DNA from: an uncultured Chloroflexia bacterium
GTDB taxonomy: Bacteria > Chloroflexota > Chloroflexia > Thermomicrobiales > UBA6265
NCBI GenBank assembly: GCA_963751075.1
Contig: CAVVTE010000011.1
Coordinates: 291,177 to 355,176 of the forward strand
DNA: 64,000 bases
Reading direction: 5' to 3'
The notes below the pieces were generated by a model. It saw only the letters and a list, made by a program, of their open reading frames with translations, was not told where the DNA came from and did no database searches. Shown piece after piece: positions 1 to 9,454 of the stretch. Each line of letters starts with the position of its first letter. Position 1 is the stretch's first letter. Made by a program: the position numbers and the translations under genes.

Positions 1-85
1 CTGAAGTCCTTCCACGTGAAAACCGAACGGTGAGCGGGCGCGGCGCTCATCGGCGTCCGACCATTGGTCCCGCATCCAGACCATT

Positions 86-1123
86 TCACTGGGTCTTACG
101 CGGATCGAGCGCATCGCGCAGGCCATCGCCGATGTAGTTGATCGATAGCACGGTCAGGAAGATCATCGTTCCCGGAAAAATAGCCTCATGCGGTGCGATC
201 TCGAACCGATCTTTCGCCTCGTAGAGCATGCTGCCCCACGTCGGGATGTCGGACGGGAAGCCGAGACCAAGGAACGAGAGAGCCGACTCGGTGATGATGG
301 CCGCGCCGACCCCGAGGGTAGCCGCGACGATGATCGGACTCATCACATTCGGCAGGATGTGCCGGAACATCTGGGACGCCCGGGAAGAGCCCATAGATTC
401 GGCCGCTTCCACAAACTCCTTCTGCTTGGTTGACAGAAAGCTCGCTCGGACAAGGCGGGATGTCGGCATCCAGTTGAGTAGGCCGATCACCAGGACGATC
501 AACACGAAGATGCCGGTCACTCCGCTCCCTGTGCGTCTCTGGAAAAAGTCATAGAACGCCTGCTTGTACAGGAAGCTGATTACCAGTAAGAGCGGCACTT
601 GTGGCAGGGAGATGAACAGATCCGTCAGGCGCATCAGCAACGTATCCGCTAGCCCACCGAAAAACCCCGAGATGGCCCCGATTGCGGTCCCCAACAGGAT
701 GGCCACAAGAGCCGCAACGATCCCGACGGCGAGCGAGATTCGGCCACCCCACAGCATCCGCGCCAGCATGTCCCGTCCAAGAGAGTCGGTCCCGAAGGGA
801 TGTTCCCAGGATACGCTGCTCCCGCTGACGGAGAAATCGATCTCATCGATCGCTTGCGGGTAGAGAGGGGACCAGATGAACGTCGCCAGCAACATGAACA
901 AGAAGAGCGCCAGTCCTGCCATTGCCAGCTTGTGCTTGCGGAACTGGCGCCAGGCGTCGCCCCACAGTGAGCGCTGCTCCTTTACCAGCAGCCGAGAATC
1001 AATGGTGCGAAGCGCGGGCAACGCGTAGTCAGGAGCGGTCGCCGTGGCGGATTGTGTTGCCCCCCTCCTGCCGAGTGTTCCCGGGGGAGCGGACTTGAGA
1101 TTGATATCAACACCCTGCGTCAT
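86..1123 (-). CDS. ABC transporter permease, peptide/nickel family (DppC/OppC-type)
   Basis: ORF 86..1231. Polytopic membrane protein with family-typical C-terminus INYIGDGLRDALDPR. Start placed at ATG 1123 because GGAGG lies 6 nt upstream; the extra 36 codons of the long ORF are Arg/Gly-rich and look non-coding. Confidence 0.85.
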   Translation of the reverse strand: MTQGVDINLKSAPPGTLGRRGATQSATATAPDYALPALRTIDSRLLVKEQRSLWGDAWRQFRKHKLAMAGLALFLFMLLATFIWSPLYPQAIDEIDFSVSGSSVSWEHPFGTDSLGRDMLARMLWGGRISLAVGIVAALVAILLGTAIGAISGFFGGLADTLLMRLTDLFISLPQVPLLLVISFLYKQAFYDFFQRRTGSGVTGIFVLIVLVIGLLNWMPTSRLVRASFLSTKQKEFVEAAESMGSSRASQMFRHILPNVMSPIIVAATLGVGAAIITESALSFLGLGFPSDIPTWGSMLYEAKDRFEIAPHEAIFPGTMIFLTVLSINYIGDGLRDALDPRKTQ

Positions 1124-1255
1124 ACCTGGCCTCCGCAACCGAGAGAGGTACGGCGGTGAACATCCGCTCGACCAGTAGCCGCCCGTGACTGTCCCAGCCA
1201 TTTCCCGCGCATCGCGATGCGTTGTACCCACCGCACGTGCACGAACGAATGGCGC

Positions 1256-2200
1256 CTACGAGTAGCGTATGCGCGGATCGAGAACGGCATAGAGAATGTC
1301 CGCGATGACGTTGAAGAGCACGACAAGGACGGCGATGCCAAAGGTGATCGCCATGACGACAGGGACATCCTTGCTGTAGATGCCGTCGATGAGCGCGCGA
1401 CCGATACCCGGAATGCGAAAGATCTGCTCGGTGATGATCGCGCCACCGAAAATCTCCGGCACTTGCAGCGCGAGCACGGTCACCACTGGAATCAATGCAT
1501 TGCGCATCGCGTGCAGGACGACCACCGACTGCTCCCGTAGGCCCTTCGCTCGGGCCGTGCGGACGTAATCCTGGCTAATCGTCTCCAGCATCGACGCGCG
1601 GACAAAACGCATGAGCTGCGCCGCGCCGGCAAGACCAAGCACCATGATCGGCATGATGGACTGTTTCACATTCGGCAAGAAACCACTGACCTCGGAGTCG
1701 TAGACAAATGGCAACCAACCAAGAGAGACACTGAAAATGAGAATTAACAGAATGCCTGAGAAGAACGTAGGAATGCTGAAGCCCAGAAAGGCGAACGTCG
1801 TCGCGACCTGGTCGAAGAGCGAATATTGCTTGATCGCGGATAACACACCGATTGGCACCGCTACGAGGATGCTAAGTAACAACGCCGAACCGGAGATTGC
1901 GAGCGTGGTGGGCAGTCGAGACAGGACATAATCGCGGACCGGAATCTTGGCGGAATAGGACTGCAGCCAATCTCCTTGCACGTACGCTGATGCCCAGCGC
2001 AAATACTGGACGTGGATCGGATCGTCGAGTCCCATCGTCTCGCGGATACGTGCGCGCAACTCGGGCGGAACATTGGGGTTGTTGGCGAAACCAGACAGCG
2101 GATCGCCGGGCGCCAGCGCAAGGATGGCATACACAACCATGCTGATAGCGATGAGCGTGAAAATCGAGATGATCGTGCGGCGAATCAGGTAACGTCCCAA
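1256..2200 (-). CDS. ABC transporter permease, peptide/nickel family (DppB/OppB-type)
   Basis: 314-aa ORF with LAPGDPL near the N-terminus, YVRTARAKGL loop and C-terminal LYAVLDPRIRY. TTG start with GGAGGA 6 nt upstream. Confidence 0.9.
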   Translation of the reverse strand: MGRYLIRRTIISIFTLIAISMVVYAILALAPGDPLSGFANNPNVPPELRARIRETMGLDDPIHVQYLRWASAYVQGDWLQSYSAKIPVRDYVLSRLPTTLAISGSALLLSILVAVPIGVLSAIKQYSLFDQVATTFAFLGFSIPTFFSGILLILIFSVSLGWLPFVYDSEVSGFLPNVKQSIMPIMVLGLAGAAQLMRFVRASMLETISQDYVRTARAKGLREQSVVVLHAMRNALIPVVTVLALQVPEIFGGAIITEQIFRIPGIGRALIDGIYSKDVPVVMAITFGIAVLVVLFNVIADILYAVLDPRIRYS

Positions 2201-2446
2201 CCCGCGTCCTCCATGTCAGCCGTTTCGAGTTTGGACACTCCAGCGATTGCCGGTATTGGTCGGTACTGTCAGCAATGAGTCGGCGCTCCCCGGCTGATGC
2301 GTCGGAGCGCCGGGGCGCGTCACTCGTCAGGAAGATTCGGCTGATGGTACGGCCCGCATTTAGGAGCGTCAAGCAATAGTCTTCGCATACACGGCGAATG
2401 GGCGTCAACGGTCGACTGCGTTCTGTGGTAGGATGCGGGGTCGCGT

Positions 2447-2484
2447 TTCCGGGCTGGTTCGTACCAGGCCCCCGGAATTTTTTT
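2447..2484 (+). terminator. Intrinsic-terminator-like hairpin plus T7 run in the leader of the bL25 gene
   Basis: Imperfect stem ttccgggctggt / accaggcccccggaa followed by ttttttt (2478-2484), about 50 nt upstream of the ATG at 2537. Confidence 0.4.
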
Positions 2485-2536
2485 GTTCCGTGACCCATCG
2501 GGCTAAGCGGGTGTTCGGATTCACGAGCAGGTAAGG

Positions 2537-3181
2537 ATGATGGCGCGCCAAGAATTCACGGCACAACGTCGCACAGTGCTCGGGAAGAAGGTCCGCCGGC
2601 TTCGTCGCGAAGGACTGGTGCCCGGCGTTGTCTACGGCCCAGTTGTCGAAGGAACGGTTCCGGTGAGCGTCGATCGCCGGGAGTTCGTCAAGTTCTATCA
2701 GACCAACGGGCACTCGACGCTCTTCGTTCTCCGTTGGGAGGACGGCGATGAATCCGTGTTCATCCGAGAGGTGCAGCAGGATCCGGTTCGCCGCGAGCCG
2801 CTCCATATCGACTTTTTCGCCCCGAACCTGAGGATGCCGGTCCGCGCGGTTGTGCCAATCGTCTTTCACAACCCCAGTTCGACGATCGACGGCATGCTTT
2901 CCGAGATCCGCACTGAAGTTGAAGTCGAGGCGCTGCCGGCGACTATTCCACACCAGATCGACGTCGATGTCTCACAACTTGTCCAGCCAGGCGATGTGAT
3001 CCGGGTCGGAGACCTTCCGCTACCTGACGGCGTGACCGTCGTCACGGACGAAGGTGAGTCCGTGGTCCAGATCGAAGCCGTCTACCAGGAGCCAGTGGAG
3101 GCAGAAGAGGCTCCGGCAGCCGAGGCGACGACGGCAGAGGAGTCGGCCGCCACTGCCGACGAAACCACGGACCAGGAGTAA
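2537..3181 (+). CDS. rplY: 50S ribosomal protein bL25 / general stress protein Ctc
   Basis: 214 aa. N-terminus RRTVLGKKVRRLRREGLVPGVVYG and HIDFF core typical of the long Ctc form, with an acidic C-terminal tail. Confidence 0.9.
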   Translation: MMARQEFTAQRRTVLGKKVRRLRREGLVPGVVYGPVVEGTVPVSVDRREFVKFYQTNGHSTLFVLRWEDGDESVFIREVQQDPVRREPLHIDFFAPNLRMPVRAVVPIVFHNPSSTIDGMLSEIRTEVEVEALPATIPHQIDVDVSQLVQPGDVIRVGDLPLPDGVTVVTDEGESVVQIEAVYQEPVEAEEAPAAEATTAEESAATADETTDQE

Positions 3182-3193
3182 AGACTGGGACCA

Positions 3194-3232
3194 GGAACTT
3201 CCCTGCCGTGTTAAAAACGGCAGGGAAGTTCC
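3194..3232 (+). terminator. Perfect 15-bp hairpin after rplY
   Basis: ggaacttccctgccg (3194-3208), 9-nt loop, cggcagggaagttcc (3218-3232), 13 nt after the rplY stop. No clear T-run. Confidence 0.55.
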
Positions 3233-3447
3233 GGACCCCGTCACCAGTCTTTCTGTGGTCGACCGGCAAGGTGATATCCGGGCCCTGAGCCGAGGTCAGG
3301 CGTCAGGCAGAGGTCGCTGGCCCCACGGTGCTCTCAGGAGTGCTACAAGTCTGTCGCATGGGACCCCGACGCCGGCCTCCTGGATGACGGCTTGTCACAG
3401 ACAGCGTGTTGTCACCCATCAATTTCAGATCACCTTTACCTTGGACT

Positions 3448-4067
3448 CTACGCCAGAGCGGCACACAACCCGGCAAGATCCCCATCAAGAGCCTCGTGCG
3501 GTCCGGCCTGGAACGTCACCAGGTTGCCCGCTTGATTCGTCACGATCCGCCCGATATCAAGGAAAACGGCGCCAGCGCCAGGGACGGTGACCTTGAAGAT
3601 GATTCCCATGTTCGCCCCGAGTCTCGTCTGGGGATCGATGAGCACGGTGTTGTGATATGGGGCCGCGATTTCTTTGCCGTGACCGAGTTGATAAAGACTT
3701 CGGTTCCCCGCACGGTTTCGACACCTTTGACCCGCGTGCCGACTTTGTCGGTGAACCATTTGATCGTGAAGTCCAACTCACCCTTGGTCAGTATCGTGAA
3801 TGAGTCGCAATCCCAAAATGGCTCCTCGGGGAAACTGAGGTGGTCGCTTTCGAACAGCGGTTTCCCCTACGCCTGAAGGCGAGCGCCTCTCCGCCGTCTT
3901 GCCCGGTGCATGTCGCGGCGCTTGCCACTGCTCTTGGCGTTGCTCGTGGCGGCAGTGCTGAACGAATTGCCCAGGAGTGTGATTTCGAGCAGCGTCCCAA
4001 TTGCGGCGCGACGCGTCCCCGACGTACCAAAGTCCTGACCGAGACGATCGAGGATGTCGGGGGCCAT
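3448..4067 (-). pseudogene. Frameshifted remnant of a gene of unknown function
   Basis: Protein-like segments fall in different minus frames and are interrupted by stops: 3867..4067, 3540..3776 (DFTIKWFTDKVGTRVKGVETVRGTEVF) and 3448..3759 (GKEIAAPYHNTVLIDPQTRLGANMGIIFKVTVPG). Local GC is lower than in the flanks. Confidence 0.3.
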
Positions 4068-4136
4068 TGAGCATCTCCTCCACGGATGGGCGACAGCTTG
4101 CTTCGGGCTGGTCTCCCTGGGGCGAGCGGCCGATCG

Positions 4137-4565
4137 CTAGTGCACGGGAGCGGCGACTGGCGGGGTGCCGACGACTTGTTGGCCGAGCGGCATCATGGGT
4201 TGGTCAAACGTCGAGACTACCTCGGCCGCGGCGAAGAAGCCGACGCATCGCGCCGTCTCGTTGCCGATGTTGCGGATCCCGTGCGGCACCATCGCCGGAA
4301 TGAGCGCCGCTTGCCCGGCCGACAACTGTCCCCGCTCCTCACCCAGGCTCGCCTCGACCGTGCCCGCCAGGATCAGCACGATCTCCTCGGCGCTATCGGT
4401 ATGCGTGCCGAGGTAGTGCCCGGGGTCGATCTCAAAGTAGACGACCGACGAGCTCTCATTGCCCGTGGCCGCAAAGAAGGGGAAGGTCACCCGGATGCGC
4501 ATCGCCGGATCCTGCTCGTACCAGGCGTCGATCAATTCGAGGTGGTTGAAATCGCTAGTCTGCAT
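4137..4565 (-). CDS. Cupin domain protein
   Basis: 142 aa with the cupin-2-like pattern GTHTDSAEEIVLILAGTVE ... ALIPAMVPHGIRN. Confidence 0.8.
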   Translation of the reverse strand: MQTSDFNHLELIDAWYEQDPAMRIRVTFPFFAATGNESSSVVYFEIDPGHYLGTHTDSAEEIVLILAGTVEASLGEERGQLSAGQAALIPAMVPHGIRNIGNETARCVGFFAAAEVVSTFDQPMMPLGQQVVGTPPVAAPVH

Positions 4566-4613
4566 GTCGAGCCTCCATGCTCCGTTGCGTTCGGCCGTTT
4601 CGGTTCGAGGCTG

Positions 4614-5048
4614 CTACGCGCTCGGCGGAGCGAACAACTCGATTTGGACGTTGTCGGGATCACGAAAGACCAGAATCGAACCGAAGTAGTGATCCTCGAT
4701 GGGAGATTGGGTGCAGGGTTCATTGGCCATCGGAGAGCGGCGCACGCCCAGGGCGTCCAGGTGGATCTGCCAGACCTCCAGATCATCCCGGCTTGGGAGC
4801 CCCAGTCCGACGTGATCGAGGCCGGTCCGCGTCTCGACGAAGACCTCACCCCCATTGGCATCATGTCGATGCAGGGCGAAGACCAACTCCCGGCCGTCGT
4901 CGGCGAGAATCTTTCCCGTGCCACCGGGGTGCGGCACTTCCATCTGGCACGAGATCCCAAAGACGCGCTCGTACCAGTCGATGCTCGCGTCGAGATCCGT
5001 GACCGTGATCGCAATGTGATGCAAACGGGGACGAGGCGGACTTGGCAT
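4614..5048 (-). CDS. VOC family protein (glyoxalase/bleomycin-resistance fold)
   Basis: 144 aa. LHHIAITVTDLDASIDWY at the N-terminus and VFRDPDNVQIELF at the C-terminus. Confidence 0.8.
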   Translation of the reverse strand: MPSPPRPRLHHIAITVTDLDASIDWYERVFGISCQMEVPHPGGTGKILADDGRELVFALHRHDANGGEVFVETRTGLDHVGLGLPSRDDLEVWQIHLDALGVRRSPMANEPCTQSPIEDHYFGSILVFRDPDNVQIELFAPPSA

Positions 5049-5074
5049 CGCATACTCCTTGGGGGTATCGGTCG

Positions 5075-5839
5075 TTACGGACGATTCCTGTTATGCCGGG
5101 TTTCCGTCGATCGTCGCCCTCCCTTCTCTGACAAACGCACATCGACTCGTCCCACGCCGGCTCCCCGCGGATCCCACTTCGCGCGGAAGAGCGCAACCGC
5201 GGCCGGAATCTGACTCCCGAACCTTCCCGACCCGATCGGCAACTCAGGCTCGTTCGCCATGTGGTGGGCGGTGAGACCATGGATCATCCCGATAAGTAGA
5301 TCGCGCGCTTGCGCTACTGGCACGTCGAGCACGACCTCGCCTGCGGCGACGGCGTCGCCGAGCATCTGCTCGAGCCCGGCCGGCGCCCGGAAGGCCTCCT
5401 CCAGGCTCTCCCTGGAGGGGGTGAAGCCCGGGACGGGGCGTTCATAGGCGAGTTGATAGAGGTCCGGGTTCTCCTGGGCGAATCGAAAGTAGCTCTCGAA
5501 GCGCCCCTCGAGCCGGTCCCAGAATCCCTCGCGACCCGCGTCGTCACGATCGCGGTACTCGGCACGCAGCCGAACCGCCGTCAAAAAAAGCGCGTCATAG
5601 AGCGCCATCTTGCTAGGGAAATAGGCATACAACGAGGGCGCTTGCATATGCACCCGACGGGCTACCTCACGGAGGCTGAGCGCCGCCACACCCTGTTCCC
5701 GCATCACGGCACGGGCGGCATCCAGAATTGCGAGGCGCATCTCCTCGCGATTGCGCTGCCGGCGTTCAGCCGGGGATGGAAACGAGGTCGACTGGGCATC
5801 CGGGCGCGTCGCACCCCGTTGGACGTGCTCCCTGCTCAC
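5075..5839 (-). CDS. TetR family transcriptional regulator
   Basis: 254 aa. HTH region ILDAARAVMREQGVAALSLREVARRVHMQAPSLYAYFPSK. Confidence 0.9.
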   Translation of the reverse strand: MSREHVQRGATRPDAQSTSFPSPAERRQRNREEMRLAILDAARAVMREQGVAALSLREVARRVHMQAPSLYAYFPSKMALYDALFLTAVRLRAEYRDRDDAGREGFWDRLEGRFESYFRFAQENPDLYQLAYERPVPGFTPSRESLEEAFRAPAGLEQMLGDAVAAGEVVLDVPVAQARDLLIGMIHGLTAHHMANEPELPIGSGRFGSQIPAAVALFRAKWDPRGAGVGRVDVRLSEKGGRRSTETRHNRNRP

Positions 5840-6119
5840 GCATTATCCTCGATAGCTTTACCTAACAGCGTTAGCTCACTCTATTATCGTATGGTATGCA
5901 GAGGGTGCTGTCAAGCGGGCAAAGAGATGCCCGGCCGGGTGAACTCCTGATCATGACGCGAGTCGACGGACCATCTGTGCCGGGAAAGAAACCCAAAAGA
6001 TCTGAAAAGAGCCTTTCTCCAGAGCCGCCGTCAGAAGGACTGTCGATTCGTGGTGCCCGGCAGGGACGTGGGCCGGTGTTGAAAGCGTCGCGTACTTGCT
6101 GCTGGGCAGCTGACGAGCG

Positions 6120-7021
6120 GTGGAGAAGGGGTACGACCGCCACACGCAAGGAATGACCATGGACACCGAGCCGATGGTGCGCGACGAGATGGTCACGCTG
6201 GACGGCCTGCGCTTCCACTATTGCGACTGGGAGAACCCCTCAGCCCCGACGGTGCTGCTGCTCCATGCCTTCACCAGCCATGCCCGGAGCTGGGACACCG
6301 TCGCCAGGGGTCTAGCCGGCCGCTTCCGGGTGCTAGCCCTGGACCTGCGTGGGCATGGGGAGTCGGCCTGGGCGCCGAGCTACCAGGAGCTGCGGCTGGT
6401 TGGCGACATAGCGGAGTTCGTCGACACGCTGGGGCTCGGCATCTTCTCCCTGGTCGGCTTCTCCATCGGCGGCTCGGCGGCCATCACCTTATGCCCAGCT
6501 CTACCCAGACCGGGTGGAGCGGCTGGTGGCATTTGAGTGCTTCACGGACCCGGATGTGCCCGAGGAGGCGCCCTACCGCCACACTCTGCTCGCCCATTTG
6601 CGCCTCGTCCGCTCGCTGCCCGAGACGTTCAACGCACCCGAGGAGGCCGTCGCGGCGTTTCGGCCACTCGCGCCGTACGCTGCTGAGGATGAACTGCGCC
6701 AGTGGACTCGGTGGCCTCAGGCAGGAGCCCAATGGTCCCTGGACGTGGCGCTACGACCCGATTTCTCGTGTCCCCGCCAGCACACCGCAACGCCTGAATG
6801 CGGCTCCGGATGTCCTGGCCCAGCGCCTGGCGGGCGTACGGTGCCCGACGCTGCCAGTAGCAGGAGCGGAGTCGTGGATGGTGGAGCCAACACAGCGCAT
6901 GCAGACGCTCAATCCGCGGGCGCTCAAGGTCACCGTCCCCCAGGCTGGGCATTGGGTGCCGCTGGACAACCCACGTGCCTTACTCTCGGCCGTGAGCCAA
7001 TTCCTCAGCGAGGAACCCTGA
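6120..7021 (+). pseudogene. Alpha/beta hydrolase, two frameshifts
   Basis: One homologous protein reads through three consecutive frames. Frame 0 runs to about 6489 (VLLLHAFTSHARSW, nucleophile elbow GFSIGGSAAIT). Frame 1 runs to about 6712 (YAQLYPDRVERLVAFECF). Frame 2 runs to 7021 (PNGPWTWRYDP ... QAGHWVPLDNP). Confidence 0.75.
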
Positions 7022-7237
7022 CGCGCGTGCCCGGCGTCGCGGGGCTCGCACGATCTCGCAGTGCGGCCGCATCAGCATCGGCCATAGCGGGATTTTCCAA
7101 CAGTTCCTCACAGCCGTGAGGGCCATGAGCGGGGCGCAAAAATAGCCCCTCGGCGGAACCAACCGGCTGACCACCTGGGGCTATTTTGAGACAAGACTGT
7201 TTCGTTCCGGGCTTCGCCTAAAAATTCGCGTAAAAAA

Positions 7238-7271
7238 GAACGAGGGTCGGCCAGCTGGCCGACCCTCGTTC
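7238..7271 (-). terminator. Rho-independent terminator of the micro-gene
   Basis: Perfect 17-bp-arm palindrome gaacgagggtcggccag/ctggccgaccctcgttc, followed on the minus strand by TTTTTT (7232-7237). Confidence 0.7.
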
Positions 7272-7294
7272 TCAGGCATCACGGCAGCCGTGCC

Positions 7295-7345
7295 TTAGTG
7301 GCGAGCGGCCTCCACCGTGATGCCCTTTGTACCGTGACTACTCAT
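7295..7345 (-). CDS. Candidate 16-aa micro-ORF (MSSHGTKGITVEAARH)
   Basis: ATG preceded by AAAGGAGGTGA at 5-6 nt spacing. Stop TAA lies 24 nt before the strong terminator. Below the ORF-track length cutoff, and I recognise no homolog. Confidence 0.4.
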   Translation of the reverse strand: MSSHGTKGITVEAARH

Positions 7346-7409
7346 GGGCATCACCTCCTTTACCCTAATCGGTCTCGGAATTTACGCCGCTTCTCGCGGC
7401 GTGAGTTGA

Positions 7410-7439
7410 AAGGTACCACGATCACTGAGTGATGGTCAA
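7410..7439 (-). promoter_or_regulatory. Putative promoter with embedded palindrome for the micro-gene
   Basis: On the minus strand: TTGACC (7434-7439), 18-nt spacer, TACCTT (7410-7415). The spacer contains the palindrome ATCACT-C-AGTGAT (7421-7433). Confidence 0.3.
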
Positions 7440-7451
7440 GGGTGCGAGTAC

Positions 7452-8444
7452 TGAATTGCACCCCAAACGCCTGACCATCGCCAAAGTCAACGTCTCCCCG
7501 GAGGGGACAGCACGCGAGTCGTTGCGGTAGGAGGTGCAGGCAATCGGACGCGGACGGGCGTTCGGCCGCGAGTTCAAGCTGGCGATGGTGCGGCAAGTCA
7601 TCAGTGGCGAGAAGCAACCGTCCAGTTCTGCCGCGAGCAGGGGACCGCTGAACGCTTGCTCCTGCGTTGGCGGCGCCATTACGAAGCGCACGGGGGGGCA
7701 CTCGCTCCGTGTCAGCGAACTGAGACGGAGTCCTTGAAACAGAGGGTCGGAGCTGGAGCGCTTGTGCGGCAAGCTCGCCCTCAAGAAATGCGGTCCCAAA
7801 AGGGGGCATAAGGCGGCCCCCCTCGCGGAGCGGCACGCGATGTTCACCCGAGCGCGACATGACCATGCGCGGCCGCCGGGGCGTCCGCTCTGCGATCTGC
7901 GCGTCGGGCAAGCTGGTACTACGAGCGCCCCAACACGCCGACCCAAGCCGAACGGGATGTCGCCCTGCGCGATGCCATCGAGCGGCTCGGCTGGAGTTCT
8001 CGCGTATGGCTACCGCCGGGTCACAAGGCGCTGGCCTGCGAGGGCTGGGCGGTCAACCACAAACGCGTGCTGCGACTGATGCGGCAGGAATCGTTGTTCT
8101 GCCAGCGCAAGCGGCGCTTCGTCGCCACTGCCGACTCGGGGCACGCGCTGGGCACGTACCCAAACCACAGCGGCGACTACGTCGCGAAGTTGGAAGCGAC
8201 CAGGGCGCGGATCAGCATGATGGCCGTGGGCACCCCATTCGAGAACGCCAACGCCGAGAGCTTCTTCAAGACGTTCAAGCGCGAGAAGGTGTTTTGCAGG
8301 AGTAGCGGGCGTTTGTTGAGGCCGAGGCCAAGCCCGGCCGCTTCATTGATGACGTCTACAATCCCAAGCGGGTGCATGCGAGCCTGGGACAGCTGCCGCC
8401 GGCAGCGTGCGAGGCGCGTCGGGCGATCAGGTCGGAGGGTGAGC
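7452..8444 (+). mobile_element. Decayed IS3-family insertion sequence (transposase pseudogene with internal deletion)
   Basis: OrfA-like RAFGREFKLAMVRQVISGEK, OrfB-like EGWAVNHKRVLRLMRQESL and C-terminal NAESFFKTFKREKV / FIDDVYNPKRVHASLG lie in several frames. Most of the DDE core is absent. The left end TGAATTGCACCCC resembles IS3/IS150-type termini. Confidence 0.7.
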
Positions 8445-8984
8445 ATGCCGTCGCACCGAGAGCACGAAGGGCAGGGCCAGCCACTCGACGCCGCCTTTGA
8501 CGCGGAGGTGGGGCGGGGATGGTCGCTCGCCCGTGCCGGCCAGGAGGATGCGGCAATCGCCCTCTTCGGGGCGCTGGTCGAGCGCTACCCGGATGAGCCG
8601 CGTGCCCACTTCGAGTACGCCGGTGCCCTGGACTACGCCGGGCGCGAAGCCGAGGCGGTCGCCCCCTACCGCCAGGCGTTCGTGCTCGGGCTGTCCGGTG
8701 ACGATCTGCCGCGGCTCTACGTCCAGTTGGGGAGCACGCTGCGCACCGTCGGCGAGGTCGCCGAGGCCGTGCGCTGGCTCGGCGAAGGCCGGGAGCGCTT
8801 CTCGGACGACGCGGCGATTCGGATCTTCCATGCGCTCGCGCTCGAGAGCGCAGGGCGGTGCCGGGAGGCCGTCGTCGAGTTGCTTGAACTGGTGGTGGCG
8901 GGTGCGGACGGCATCGACTTGCGCGGCTACGACCGGGCGATTCGGTACTACACCGACGAGGTGGCTGCCCGCCTCGGGCCGTAG
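8445..8984 (+). CDS. TPR-like repeat protein
   Basis: 179-aa C-terminal part of ORF 8067..8984. ATG 8445 has GGAGGG 5 nt upstream. Helical repeats such as ALFGALVERYPDEPRAHFEYAGALDYAGREAEAVAPYRQA. Confidence 0.65.
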   Translation: MPSHREHEGQGQPLDAAFDAEVGRGWSLARAGQEDAAIALFGALVERYPDEPRAHFEYAGALDYAGREAEAVAPYRQAFVLGLSGDDLPRLYVQLGSTLRTVGEVAEAVRWLGEGRERFSDDAAIRIFHALALESAGRCREAVVELLELVVAGADGIDLRGYDRAIRYYTDEVAARLGP

Positions 8985-9128
8985 GCTGCGATGCTGCCCG
9001 TGCGGCGAACCCATCGGCGCGATCCTGGGTACGACTCCGATGGAGTGAGTCTGGTCGAAAATTGACTTAGGGTCGAGTGCGGTAAACGGGGGGCACTCCA
9101 TACAGTTGGCACACATCGCCCGCGACAA

Positions 9129-9431
9129 TCATGGCTGCGCGGGTGGGATGACAAGCTCCTGTCCCACTAACAGGCGATCACGGTCCGAGAGCGGGTTTGC
9201 GTCGAGAATCGCGTCTTCCGGGACACCGAACCGAGCCGCGATCCCGGAGAGCGTATCCCCTTCCCGCACCACATATCGTTGCTGCTCACCCGGTGTCGGA
9301 ACCGGCGGGGGGCCGGGAGTCGCCGTGACGACCGCGAGGGTCGGGGCGGGCTCGGGTGTCGGCTCCTCACGGCTCTCCCCACAAGCCGCAAGGATCAGGA
9401 TCGCCGCCCATGCGATTCCGGCGATCTTCAT
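9129..9431 (-). CDS. LysM domain lipoprotein
   Basis: Start at MKIAGIAWAAILILAACGE (lipobox LAAC). C-terminal LysM YVVREGDTLSGIAARFGVPEDAILDAN. The longer ORF to 9503 would overlap the upstream gene. Confidence 0.8.
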   Translation of the reverse strand: MKIAGIAWAAILILAACGESREEPTPEPAPTLAVVTATPGPPPVPTPGEQQRYVVREGDTLSGIAARFGVPEDAILDANPLSDRDRLLVGQELVIPPAQP

Positions 9432-9454
9432 TGCGCCGCGTGTAGCTTGCCCCG

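Noticed and set aside
1-50. Possible start of a further minus-strand gene at the left edge (ATG at 48-50, MSAAPAHRSVFTWKDF...)
   Set aside because: Only 16 codons are visible, with no SD and no recognisable N-terminal motif, so it cannot be supported.
4086-5213. 375-aa plus-strand ORF, one of the longest in the track
   Set aside because: It runs antisense across the cupin and VOC genes, is Arg/Gly/Pro-rich with no recognisable domain and has no SD. It is a typical high-GC shadow ORF.
5863-5873. TAAC-N3-GTTA inverted repeat between the TetR gene and the divergent hydrolase pseudogene, as a TetR operator
   Set aside because: The arms are only 4 bp, so it is easily a chance occurrence. It is noted but not called.
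7138-7187. 11-bp stem (aaaatagcccc / ggggctatttt) with a 27-nt loop after the hydrolase pseudogene
   Set aside because: The loop is too large for a standard intrinsic terminator and I recognised no tRNA-like or known RNA motif. It is left uncalled.
7360-7946. Minus-strand ORFs of 183 and 174 aa
   Set aside because: They are antisense to the IS3 remnant, with no motifs. Their 3' ends would run through the micro-gene promoter region.
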